Source: Chiloscyllium plagiosum
Lineage: Eukaryota
Reading direction: 5' to 3'
Length of the DNA: 20,000 nt
Assembly: GCF_004010195.1 (NCBI RefSeq)
Contig: NC_057750.1
Coordinates: 14,155,198-14,175,197, forward strand
The notes under the pieces were generated by a model. That model was not told the origin of the DNA. It saw only the letters and a program-made list of their open reading frames with translations, and searched no databases. Made by a program: the position numbers and the translations under genes. Positions within the stretch are counted from its first letter, which is position 1. The number at the start of each line of letters is the position of its first letter. Below, in pieces: positions 1 through 8,689 of this stretch.

Positions 1-246
1 ACATCAGTGTTATTGTAAAATGCAAAAGGCTAACTGTAGCTACCCAAAATTTGTAGTTTCTGAACCTATACATTTTTGTGACTTGAAATTATTTTTTACT
101 GATTTGTTTTCTATGTAAAATCACGTCACAATCAGAAATTTATATTTGATGTATTGTGTAGAGTACAAACATTTTTTGCATTAACTATTTCAAGTTGCAA
201 TGCTGAGGATGCACATTCTGTGTTATATATAGTTGGTGTAATAAAT

Positions 247-363
247 CTGCCTCTGTCTTTCTGCTGCTTTCGCTGTTCCTTACTGCTGCTGCCCTCATTC
301 TGATGTCAGTTTTATTCTGTGATTTATGGCTTGCGCGGAGACACATTCTCACCAGATTTATAA
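247..363 (+). other. Candidate 3' splice site (YGCY-rich pyrimidine tract, CAG at 307-309) and short stop-containing exon
   Basis: No AG between 233 and 307. Seven YGCY motifs lie in 248-293. Frame 310-363 reads FYSVIYGLRGDTFSPDL* and retains CpGs (ttgcgcgga). No homolog recognised. Confidence 0.25.
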
Positions 364-441
364 ATGGAAATTAGATCTGTGGCCATTAGAGGACCCCACT
401 CTCATTAAAAATGATTTTTCTGTTTTTTACAAAAAAAGTTC

Positions 442-521
442 ACTTTCTCCTTTTCTTATCCTTTTTAATTTCCCCATATTAGTTGGGTATGTTTCACAGG
501 AGAGCTGCTCGCCTCCCTCAG
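442..521 (+). other. Second candidate 3' splice site / small exon
   Basis: Strong pyrimidine tract at 442-475 and TAG at 480-482, with an alternative CAG at 497-499. Possible donors are GTATGT at 487 and CAG|GTGGAG at 521/522 (39-nt exon 483-521). Confidence 0.2.
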
Positions 522-567
522 GTGGAGTTTTCTTTGTCTAAGTTGTGGCAGGATATTAAACTGCAAT

Positions 568-810
568 GAAGAGGTGGCATCACAAATGGCCCAAATCCTT
601 TCTTCGATTGACTTTCACACACACGTAGTTCCAACAAGGGCACTTGAACAGCAATTAGGAGCAGATATCCTAGCCCATTTTATCCAGTCCAAAAAAAGAC
701 TACAGATGCAATTGTGGCATTCCTGATGTTGCTCACTGGTATCAGTTAATTTGTTGCAAATCAGTTATTGAATATGGGATTTTAGTCTACACAGCTTAAT
801 TATTTACTGG
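568..810 (-). mobile_element. Highly degenerate ancient tRNA-derived SINE relic
   Basis: Patchy colinear resemblance (ggcatcaca..., ggagcag..., caattgtggc..., atcagttaa..., attgaatatgggat as a decayed B box) to a shark SINE recalled from memory; low identity. Confidence 0.3.
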
Positions 811-1035
811 ATAAATGTAATTTTAACTATTAAACAAATCATCAAGTACAATTTACCCATGTAGAAAACCTGTCTAAAATACAACACAAACCAAGGAACC
901 TTTTTATTCCTTGGATTGATATTGCCCATAATTCTTAATTATTAGAAGTTGTATCAAAACAGATGTTTTGGTTTAGAAGTAGAGTAAACTTATAGTTAAA
1001 GGTGTTTGATGTGTTGTTATTTGGCAGAAAGTTAG

Positions 1036-1334
1036 ATCATAAGACATAGGAACAGAAATAGGCTGTTCAGTCCATTTGAGTCTGCTCCACTACTCAGAAT
1101 ATCGTTGAACTGCTGATTCTCGACTCCTTTCCTGCATTTTGCCCATAATCCTTGATTCCCTTGCTGATTAAAAACCTGTCTATCCCAGCCTTGAATATGC
1201 TTAATGACCCAGTTTCTCTAGCTCTCTACCCTCTGAGAAAAGAAACCTCTCTTCATCTCTGTGCTAAGTAGGTGACTCTTTACCTTGAGACTATATCCTT
1301 TGGTCCTAGACGCTTGCACAAGGGAGGGAAAAAA
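1036..1334 (-). mobile_element. CR1 LINE 3' end (older subfamily)
   Basis: Begins with the reverse complement of a CR1 3' tail (atcataagacataggaacagaaataggc), followed by decayed ORF2 C-terminal sequence. Similar to 7790-8160 in the opposite orientation. Confidence 0.8.
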
Positions 1335-1589
1335 GGTTCCTGGTGAAAATGGCAGACACTGTTTTTAAAATAAAAATCAAGATGAATATTTTTGAGTTTC
1401 TCATTCTGCACTGAGATCATAAACACTAAATAGGACATAGGGAATGTGCATTTTTTAATCAACACAAAATAACAATAAATTTGGAAAACATCTCTAACTT
1501 ACTTTGAAAGCTTTGTAAAGTACCAATTTCATTTTTTTTTTATTCTAAAGCTTTCAAGATACTATATTGACAGTACTTATCAATATTTA

Positions 1590-1965
1590 CTGTCAGCTTG
1601 GTTTGTAGAACCATTCTTTAGTGCTTTAAAGCTTCACTCCACAATTCAAATGCATGATCTAGGCCAGCACTTTCTTTCTTCCATACAGTAGGGAATCTAA
1701 TCTAATACTGCATGGTTTGATATTTCACTTCGTGAATAAGATGTTAAAAGTTTTTTCCATTCCGATTTGTATAAATATACTCAGTGTTATTTGCTTTTAT
1801 ATTGAAGAATTATTTGATTCACAACTGAAGCCATAAAAATAGGTTAGCAGATCATTGAATCTGTTGCTGTTTTTTACTGAGTAAGTTGGCCCATGTGACA
1901 ACTGTGATACATTTCAAACATATTTCATTGGCTGTGATTTTGTTGTGTTATCCTGAAGAGACTAA
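1590..1965 (+). mobile_element. Degenerate Deu-domain SINE (SacSINE1/AmnSINE-like)
   Basis: 3' part acaactgtgatacatttcaaacatatttcattggctgtga...tcctgaag resembles the Deu-SINE 3' region and matches 3105-3150 in this window. Confidence 0.45.
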
Positions 1966-2090
1966 GTTATCCTTAGTCACTTTTATATGTTCACTTGTTA
2001 CAGAATTGGAACCTAATGTTGGCTTCAACATTAAACACTCTGGTAAACAGCTCAGTTTTTATTAATAGTTTTTTTTTAGAAATCTTAAAG

Positions 2091-2721
2091 CAAAGATAGA
2101 TAAATCCCCAGGATCTGATCAGTCATAACATTGAGTATAAGCGTTGTGATGTCTGGTTGTCACTGTAAAAGACATTGGTGAGGTCACTTTTGGAATATTG
2201 TATTCAATTCTGGATGCCCTTCTATAGGAAGAATGTTGTTTAAACCCAAAAGGGTGCATACAAGGTTTACATGATGTTGCCAGGACTGGAGATTTCAAAC
2301 TATTGGGGGATGCTGAATAGGCTGAAGCTTTTTTCCCCCCCTCAGCATCAGAGACTGAAAGGTGACCTTTTTATAGGAGTTTATAAAATCAAAATTGTGA
2401 ATACCCAAGGTCTTTTTCCTAGAATGGGGGAGTCCAAATCTAGAGGGCATAGGTTTAAGGTGAGAGTGGAAGGACCATGCATGAAACTGTTACTTTCAAG
2501 TCCTAAAGTCTTTAATAGGTTGGTGTGTGTATGGAACGAGATGCCAGAGGAAGTTGTAGAGGCAGGTACAATTACAACATCTAAAAGGCATCTGGATAGG
2601 TATAGTAATAGGAATGGTTTAGAGAAATATGGACCAAGTGCTGGCAAATGGGATTGGGTGAGATGGGATGCCTGGTTGGACTGAAAAGTCTGTTTTTGTG
2701 CTGCATGACTCTGTGACTCTG
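2091..2721 (+). mobile_element. CR1 (HER1-like) LINE 3' fragment, internally deleted
   Basis: ORF2 C-terminal remnant (MLPGLE...LNRLKLFS...SRGHRFKVR...VWNEMPEEVVEAGTI), colinear with 7195-7789. Ends in the tgactctgtgactctga repeat tail. 2091-2122 encodes an upstream DKSPGSDQ motif. Confidence 0.9.
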
Positions 2722-2899
2722 AGTGGAAACATATGAGTACAAACTTTGAATTTCGGGTTAACCAAGCAATCTCGGCAACTTTATTACCATTGCTTTTCTC
2801 TTTTAAGAAGAGCAAAATAAAGTTAGATTACTTAGTATGCATTATCATCTTGTAAGATAAGCAGAATAGATGCTAGAATGATGAAAATATTTGTGAGAC

Positions 2900-3186
2900 A
2901 CCTCTGTCAACAGATTAGTATAATCTGGACCTAGGTGCTGTCTGTCAACTCATGTTAAATTATAGTCCCGTTTGCTTTCTCAGGTAATTGTAAAAACTTT
3001 GTGGTATTATGTCGAGGAAGTTCTTGTTGATGTAGCTAAAATAGTTTATCTGGCTGTTACTTCACTGTTTTTGCCAGATGTCACAATGTGCAAATTGACT
3101 AAAATTCTGAAGTACTTCATTAGCTCTGAATGGTTTGGCCAGCCTGAAGTTATGATGGGCAATTATAAGTTGAAGTCTTTCCTTCA
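2900..3186 (+). mobile_element. Degenerate Deu-domain SINE (SacSINE1/AmnSINE-like)
   Basis: tgtgcaaattgac...aagtacttcattagctctgaatggtttgg...cctgaagttatga...ataagttgaagtctttccttc resembles the Deu-SINE 3' end. Confidence 0.5.
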
Positions 3187-3290
3187 GTTTTCTCATTGCG
3201 CAGCTAACATTTTGTAATTAAGGCAATAATACATGAATTACATTCCCAGATCTGTCTGTTCTAAGTGGGAGTGCTACTTACTACTAATCA

Positions 3291-3555
3291 TGCTTGGTAG
3301 TACAGCACTCGAGTATTGCCGAAAAACAAAGACATAAAGTTGAAGATTTTCATCTTAAAATCATCAGGACAGTATCACAAGACTACCAAATGCCAGAGGG
3401 ACCAACAATTTATGGTACATGAGAAGGGGATTGTCAACTGATCAACACCGTCTTATGCTATGTTACTTATTGTTTTTGAGATTTAGTATTCTTCTGACTC
3501 TATACTGATGCGTGCAAGATCGAAAACTTCAACTTTGTCTTTTCTTTCAGCAATT
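3291..3555 (-). mobile_element. Palindromic non-autonomous element with hammerhead-like cores (Penelope-derived; family M1)
   Basis: Imperfect inverted arms at 3314-3391 and 3481-3555. Minus-strand core CTGATGA-ttttaagat-GAAA-atc-TTC at 3342-3367; plus-strand CTGATGc-gtgcaagatc-GAAAacTTC at 3505-3530. Unpaired tail 3291-3313. Degenerate TSD ttactactaatca (3278-3290) / ttattactaactca (3554-3567). Confidence 0.65.
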
Positions 3556-3764
3556 ATTACTAACTCAGAATATTCTGTCACATTCCATGACAATTGAATC
3601 CAAAGATTCTCTGCTGGAGAGAATTGAAATTGCCTTTTTTTTTGGAAAAAGATACATATATCACTTTTAGTTAACAAAACTATATGTCAAAAATTGATAA
3701 AAGCATGGCATCCTTCAACTTTATTATTCAAATATTCAGGATATGACTCCACTTTTGGATTCTG

Positions 3765-3863
3765 TTCATAGGTGTTATTACACATCTCGAGTAGGTGGAA
3801 TTTGTACCTAGGCCTCTTGACTGAAAGGTAAGGACAACACCAGCACTGTATCACAAGAGTCCC
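3765..3863 (-). mobile_element. tRNA-derived SINE head (degenerate)
   Basis: Minus strand gggactcttgtgatacagtgctgg (A-box-like) ... ggtacaaattcc (B-box-like, 3797-3808). Confidence 0.45.
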
Positions 3864-3879
3864 AACTCTGCTTTTGGAA

Positions 3880-3988
3880 TCAGTTTTAATGTCTGCCATG
3901 GCAGGATTTGAACCTACATCCTGAGAACACTGGTCTGGTTTTCCAGAATACTAACCCAGTTCGTTACTGCTATGCCACTGCCTCCTCC
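3880..3988 (-). mobile_element. tRNA-derived SINE head
   Basis: Minus-strand A-box-like tggcatagcag (3967-3977) and perfect B box GGTTCAAATCC (3904-3914); no cloverleaf. Confidence 0.5.
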
Positions 3989-4334
3989 ACCAATTCTGCT
4001 TTTGGATATTTACTGCCCTAATGAAGAAAATCTGCAAGCAGTTCTACTCAGTTGCGTTTATCATCTTAAACAGCTGAAGATTAACCTTTCCAACTCTTGG
4101 AGATTCTCAATTCAATATTAGCTAAACTATATTCTGATCAGTGTTTGCAATGAATTCTATTAAGTGACAGTGTTAGCACCCTTCCTCTAAGGCAAGTGGT
4201 GTTCTTAACCCTAAACCACATTGGGAGTAAGACTAGTAGGTTATACTTTTTCTCTAAACATGACTTGTTTGAAATTGGTCAAACCAGTACACCATCAAGG
4301 ACATATCTGTATTATGCAAAATATAGAAAAATAA

Positions 4335-4540
4335 AAGTATTTGGAAAGGCAAGGACTGATTCGGGATAGTCAACATGGCTTTGTGTGTGGGAAATCATGT
4401 CTCACAAACTTGATTGAGTTTTTTTGAAGTAACAAAGAAGATTGAGGGCAGAGCAGTAGATGTGATGTATATGGACTTCAGTAAGGTGTTTGACAAGGTT
4501 CCTCATGGGAGACTGATTAGCAAGGTTAGATCTCATGGAA
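4335..4540 (+). mobile_element. CR1 LINE ORF2 reverse-transcriptase fragment (5' part of the copy ending at 7789)
   Basis: YLERQGLIRDSQHGFVCGKSCLTNLIEF / EGRAVDVMYMDFSKVFDKVPHGRLISKVRSHG, with frameshifts; CR1 RT motifs QHGF and DFSKxFD. Confidence 0.92.
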
Positions 4541-4758
4541 GGAGAAAGTGAGGACTGCAGATGCTGGAGATTAGAGCTGAAAGATGTGTTGCTGGAAAAG
4601 CGCAGCAGGTCAGGCAGCATCAAAGGAGCAGGAGAATCGACGTTTTGGGCATAAGCCCTTCTTCAGGAATGAGGAGGGTGTACCAAGCAGGCTAACATAA
4701 AAGGTAGGGAGGAGGGACTTGGGAGGGGCGTTGGGATAGGTGGAAGGAGGTCAAGGTG
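4541..4758 (-). mobile_element. Penelope-like element B (Neptune-like): 3' tail / pseudo-LTR
   Basis: Starts abruptly within the CR1 RT. The first ~100 bp closely match 13484-13583. Contains a hammerhead-like motif. Confidence 0.8.
4635..4670 (-). ncRNA. Minimal hammerhead ribozyme motif, core G12 mutated
   Basis: Minus strand: ttc CUGAAGA a GGGC uuau GCCC aAAAC GUC gau. Perfect 4-bp stem II and palindromic ACGU stem III, but GAAA is changed to AAAA. Confidence 0.7.
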
Positions 4759-5873
4759 CCTCGAGGAATTCCCTGGCTGTTCTGTTTGGCTTGCCCGATT
4801 AATAGTATTGTCCCAGTCGAACTCATGTTGCTTGTCATCGGAGTGTGTGGCTACTAAGGATAGCTGGTCATGTTGTTTTGTGGTCATGGATGCGGACCGA
4901 TAGCTGTCTTCCTGTTTGTCCTATGTAGTGTTTTTTGTGCAGTCCTTGCATGGGATTTTGTACACTAAATTGGTTTTGCTCATGCTGGGTATCGGGTCCT
5001 TCATCCTAGTGAGTTGTTGCCTGAGAGTGGTTGTTGGTTTGTGTGCTGTTATGAGTCCTAGTGGTCGCAGTAGTCTGGCTGTCAGTTTGGAAATGTTTTG
5101 ATGTATGGTAGTGTGGCTAGTCCTTTGGGTTGCGGCATGTCCTCGTTCCGTTGTCTTTCCCTTAGGCATCTGTTGATGAAACTGCGGGGGTATCCGTTTT
5201 TGGCGAATACATTGTAGAGGTGTTCTTCCTCCCTCCCTTTTTTTGCAGTTCTGGTGTACTGCAGTGTGTTGTGGCCCTTTTGAACAGTGTCTTGATGCAA
5301 CTTCTATTGTGTGTTGGGGTGCTTGCTTTCATAGTTTAGGACTTGGTCTGTGTGTGCAATTTTCCTGTATACCTTTTGTGGTGGATTCTCCGTTCGGTGT
5401 TCTCTGTACCATCATGTCTATGAATGGGAGTTGGTTGTCCTTTTCTTCCTCTCTAGTGAATCGGATTCCTGCGAGTGTGGCGTTGATGATCCGGTGTGTG
5501 TTCTCTATTTCTGTGTTTTTAATGATTACAAAGGTATCATCTACATATCTGACCCAGAGTTTGGGTTGAATTTGCGGTAAGACTGTTTGCTCTAACCTTA
5601 GCAGAAGCGATAATGCACTGAATCCAGAGATGGGTGAGCCCATGGGGGTGCCATTGATTTATTCATATATTTAGTTGAATGTGAAGTGTGTTGTGAGGCA
5701 CAGGTCCAGTAGTTTGAGTATGCAGTCTTTGTTGATAGGTTCCCGGTCTTGTTGTCTGTTCTGTATGTCCAGCAGGTTGGCTACTGTTTCTCTGGCTAGG
5801 GTTTTGTCGATAGAGGTGAACAGTGCCGATACATTGAATGAGACCATGGTTTCTTCCTTGTCTATATGTATCC
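4756..5873 (-). mobile_element. Penelope-like element A (Poseidon-like): decayed RT + GIY-YIG endonuclease ORF
   Basis: Frameshifted motifs MVSFNVSALFTSI, GTPMGSPISG, WVRYVDDTF (YVDD at 5536-5547), FTREEEKDNQLPFID, NGYPRSFI and LPYI, then VYKIPCKDC...YIGQTGR. Confidence 0.95.
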
Positions 5874-6241
5874 TTAGTAGCCACACACATGGATGACAAG
5901 CAATATGAGTTCGACTGGGACAACACTACTATTATAGGACAAGCCAAACAGAGAACATTCCTAGAGGCATGGCACTCATCCACAGATTCAATCAATAAGC
6001 ACATCGACCTGAACCCAATAAACCGGCCATTGCAGCGGACGGCTGGAACTGACAACCGGAAGCGGCAGATACAATCCACTATAAATGCCGGAGGAAAGAT
6101 CACAGAAGCGCTTCACAGGAGGCTCCAAGCACTGAGGATGTCACCCAGACAGGGGACGAAACGTCTGCAACACAAATTCCCAGCTCGGCGAACAGAACCA
6201 CAACAACGAGCACCCGAGCTACAAATCTTCTCCCAAACTTT
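5869..6241 (+). mobile_element. Penelope-like element A: inverted pseudo-LTR and 3' tail
   Basis: 5869-5969 is the reverse complement of 4757-4862. It continues through FLEAWHSSTDSINKHIDL, a hammerhead, and the tail cccgagctacaaatcttctcccaaac (compare 11966-11990). Confidence 0.9.
6129..6168 (+). ncRNA. Minimal type I hammerhead ribozyme, intact core
   Basis: GCA CUGAGGA u GUC a CCC agaca GGG GAC GAAAC GUC^ UGC. Stem I GCA/UGC, stem II with one bulge, palindromic ACGU stem III; predicted cut after C6165. Confidence 0.8.
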
Positions 6242-6349
6242 GAGGGGAGTTACTGTTCAGCCACAGGGCGGTTGGGTTGGTTTGTGCGGGTGTCCCAGAG
6301 GTGTTCTCTGAAACGTTCCGCAAATAGGCAGCCTGTCTCCCCAATGTAT
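6242..6349 (-). mobile_element. Penelope-like element B: GIY-YIG fragment (inverted arm)
   Basis: Minus strand YIGETGCLFAERFREHLWDTRTNQPNRPVAE; reverse complement of 6374-6469. Confidence 0.88.
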
Positions 6350-6702
6350 CCGCCACACCCGATGTGGCCTCCTATACATTGAGGAGACAGGCCGCCTACT
6401 TGCGGAACGTTTCAGAGAACATCTCTGGGACACCCGCACAAACCAACCCAACCGCCCCGTAGCTGAACACTTTTTTTTTAACTCCCCCAAGGACATGACA
6501 TGCAGGTCCTTGACCACCTCCATTGCCAGACCATGGCAACACGACGCCTGGAGGAAGAGCGCCTTATCTTCCGCCTAGAAACCCTCCAACCACAAGGGAT
6601 GAATGCAAATTTCTCCAGCTTTCTCATTTCCCCTCCCCCCCACCTTATCTCAGTCCCAACCCCCGAACCCAGCCCTTTACTCTTGACCTGCAATCTTCTT
6701 CC
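6350..6702 (+). mobile_element. Penelope-like element B: GIY-YIG C-terminus and 3' UTR, running into the gap
   Basis: TRCGLLYIEETGRLLAERFREHL...AEHF / RRLEEERLIFRLETLQPQGMN (Neptune-type C-terminal LxTLxPxGxN motif). Confidence 0.88.
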
Positions 6703-7040
6703 NNNNNNNNNNNNNNNNNNNNNNNNNNNNNNNNNNNNNNNNNNNNNNNNNNNNNNNNNNNNNNNNNNNNNNNNNNNNNNNNNNNNNNNNNNNNNNNNNN
6801 NNNNNNNNNNNNNNNNNNNNNNNNNNNNNNNNNNNNNNNNNNNNNNNNNNNNNNNNNNNNNNNNNNNNNNNNNNNNNNNNNNNNNNNNNNNNNNNNNNNN
6901 NNNNNNNNNNNNNNNNNNNNNNNNNNNNNNNNNNNNNNNNNNNNNNNNNNNNNNNNNNNNNNNNNNNNNNNNNNNNNNNNNNNNNNNNNNNNNNNNNNNN
7001 NNNNNNNNNNNNNNNNNNNNNNNNNNNNNNNNNNNNNNNN
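6703..7040. other. Assembly gap (338 N)
   Basis: Run of N. Confidence 1.
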
Positions 7041-7789
7041 AGCAAATCTTAGCAGGACTTGTACACATAATGGTAAGGTCCTAGGGAGTGTTGCTGAACA
7101 AAGAGACCTTGGAGTGCAGGTTCATGGCTCCTTGAATGTGGAGTCGCAGGTAGATAGGATAGTGAAGAAGGCGTTTGGTATACTTTCCTTTATTGGTCAG
7201 AGTATTGAGTACAGGAGTTCGGAGGTCATGTTGCGGCTGTACAGGATATTGGTTAGGCCACTGTTGGAATATTGCGTGCAATTCTGGTCTCCTTCCTATC
7301 GGAAAGACGTTGTGAAACTTGAAAGGGTTCAGAAAAGATTTACAAGGATGTTGCCAGGGTTGGAGGAACTGAGCTACAGGGAGAGGCTGAACAGGCTGGG
7401 GCTGTTTTCCCTGGAGCGTCGGAGGTTGAGGGCTGACCTTCTAGAGGTTTACAAAATTGAGGGGCATGGATAGGATAAGTAGGCAAAGTCTTATCCCTGG
7501 GGTCAGGGAGTCCAGAACTAGAGGGCATAGGTTTAGGGTGAGAGGGGAAAGATATAAAAGAGACCTCGGGCAATGTTTTCTCACACAGGGTGGTACGTGT
7601 ATGGAATGAGCTGCCAGAGGATGTGGTGGAGGCTGGTACAATTGCAACATTTAAGAGGCATTTGGATGGGTATATGAATAGGAAGGGTTTGGAGGGATAT
7701 GGGCCGGCAGGTGGGACTAAATTATCTGGTCGACATGGATGGGTTGGACCAAAGGGTCTGTTTCCATGCTGTACATCTTTATGACTCTA
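7041..7789 (+). mobile_element. CR1 (HER1-like) LINE 3' end, relatively young
   Basis: Open frame QRDLGVQVH...LYRILVRPLLEYCVQFWSP...LERVQKRFTRMLPG...LFSLERRRLRADL, then VRVWNELP, the 3' UTR and the tatgactcta tail. Confidence 0.96.
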
Positions 7790-8160
7790 AGAGGTGTACT
7801 CGATGAAGCATTCAGGATTTAAAGGGTTTGGTAGGATGGACACTGCAAGGTCACTTCCCTTCAGCTGGATAGTCTAGTGCAATGGCACAGTCTCTCAATA
7901 AGTGCTGATCATTTAGGATTGTGGTGAGATGTTTCTTCGCTCAAAAAGTTGTGTATCATTGGAAGTCTCTTATTCAGGGTTGTGGATGTTCCATTGTTGA
8001 GTATGGTTACTAGTGATTCTTGGTTTTTTCAGAAAATCAAGAGATACTGGGAGTGGGTGTGAAAGTGGAATTGAAGCCCAAGACCAGCCACAATCATACT
8101 GAATGATAGATCAGGTTCGAGTGCATCAATGGTCCATTCCTGCTCGAAACCCTTGCATTG
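7790..8160 (+). mobile_element. CR1 LINE 3' end (older subfamily)
   Basis: Decayed ORF2 terminus (agaggtgtactc..., ttcttcgctcaaaaagttgtg...ttggaagtctct) and 3' UTR accagccacaatcatactgaatg...cctgctc. Confidence 0.75.
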
Positions 8161-8689
8161 TTATATAATGCACTAGAAATGAAGATTCTATGTTCTTTGT
8201 ATGAGTTTGAAAAATAGTGTTCAAACCTGGCCTTACACACAAGTGACTACACGCTCATTAAATTAATCCCCATTGTGAGCCACTGCTGTATGTGCCTGTT
8301 TGTAGAGTTTTGGGGAGGCCTTTAAAATTATCTATAAAGATGCTAATAGGTATGTCTTAACGCTGTTTAGTAACTGGCTACTGTACACCACTGTAGCTGC
8401 TAAGTAGATCTGCATTGTTTCTTAAAATGTTCAGTTGCTTGAAAACCAATTACTCAAAGGATTTAGACTTGTATTAAGAAACAACATTCTAAAATAGTGC
8501 CTGATTGCACCAGTTTGTGGAGATTTTGTTGTTGATGGTACACAAATAAGTTTGGGTTCTTTAATTTTCTGCTCAACTACAATTTTGAATTCAGTTTGCT
8601 GCTGATTGCACCAGAAGCAAACATCTGTGCACATTATTTAAAAGTTTTTAAAAATGACTGGTGCCCAAATCCCATGAACAAAACAGTGT

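Noticed and set aside
326..541. 71-aa ORF as a gene
   Set aside because: It crosses poly-T/A and pyrimidine tracts, has low-complexity composition and resembles no known protein.
1092..1110. Possible further micro-inversion in CR1 (tcagaatatcgttgaa)
   Set aside because: The reverse complement only loosely fits the expected 3' UTR; too diverged to support.
2967..2989. Recursive splice-site-like tttgctttctcag|gtaatt
   Set aside because: It falls within a Deu-SINE-like relic whose sequence carries ctctcaggt here; there is no independent support.
3880..3988. tRNA gene
   Set aside because: A and B boxes are present but there is no cloverleaf or T-run terminator; it is a SINE head.
6478..7473. 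Long ORFs of 122-316 aa
   Set aside because: Artefacts of reading through 338 Ns, joining Penelope and CR1 fragments.
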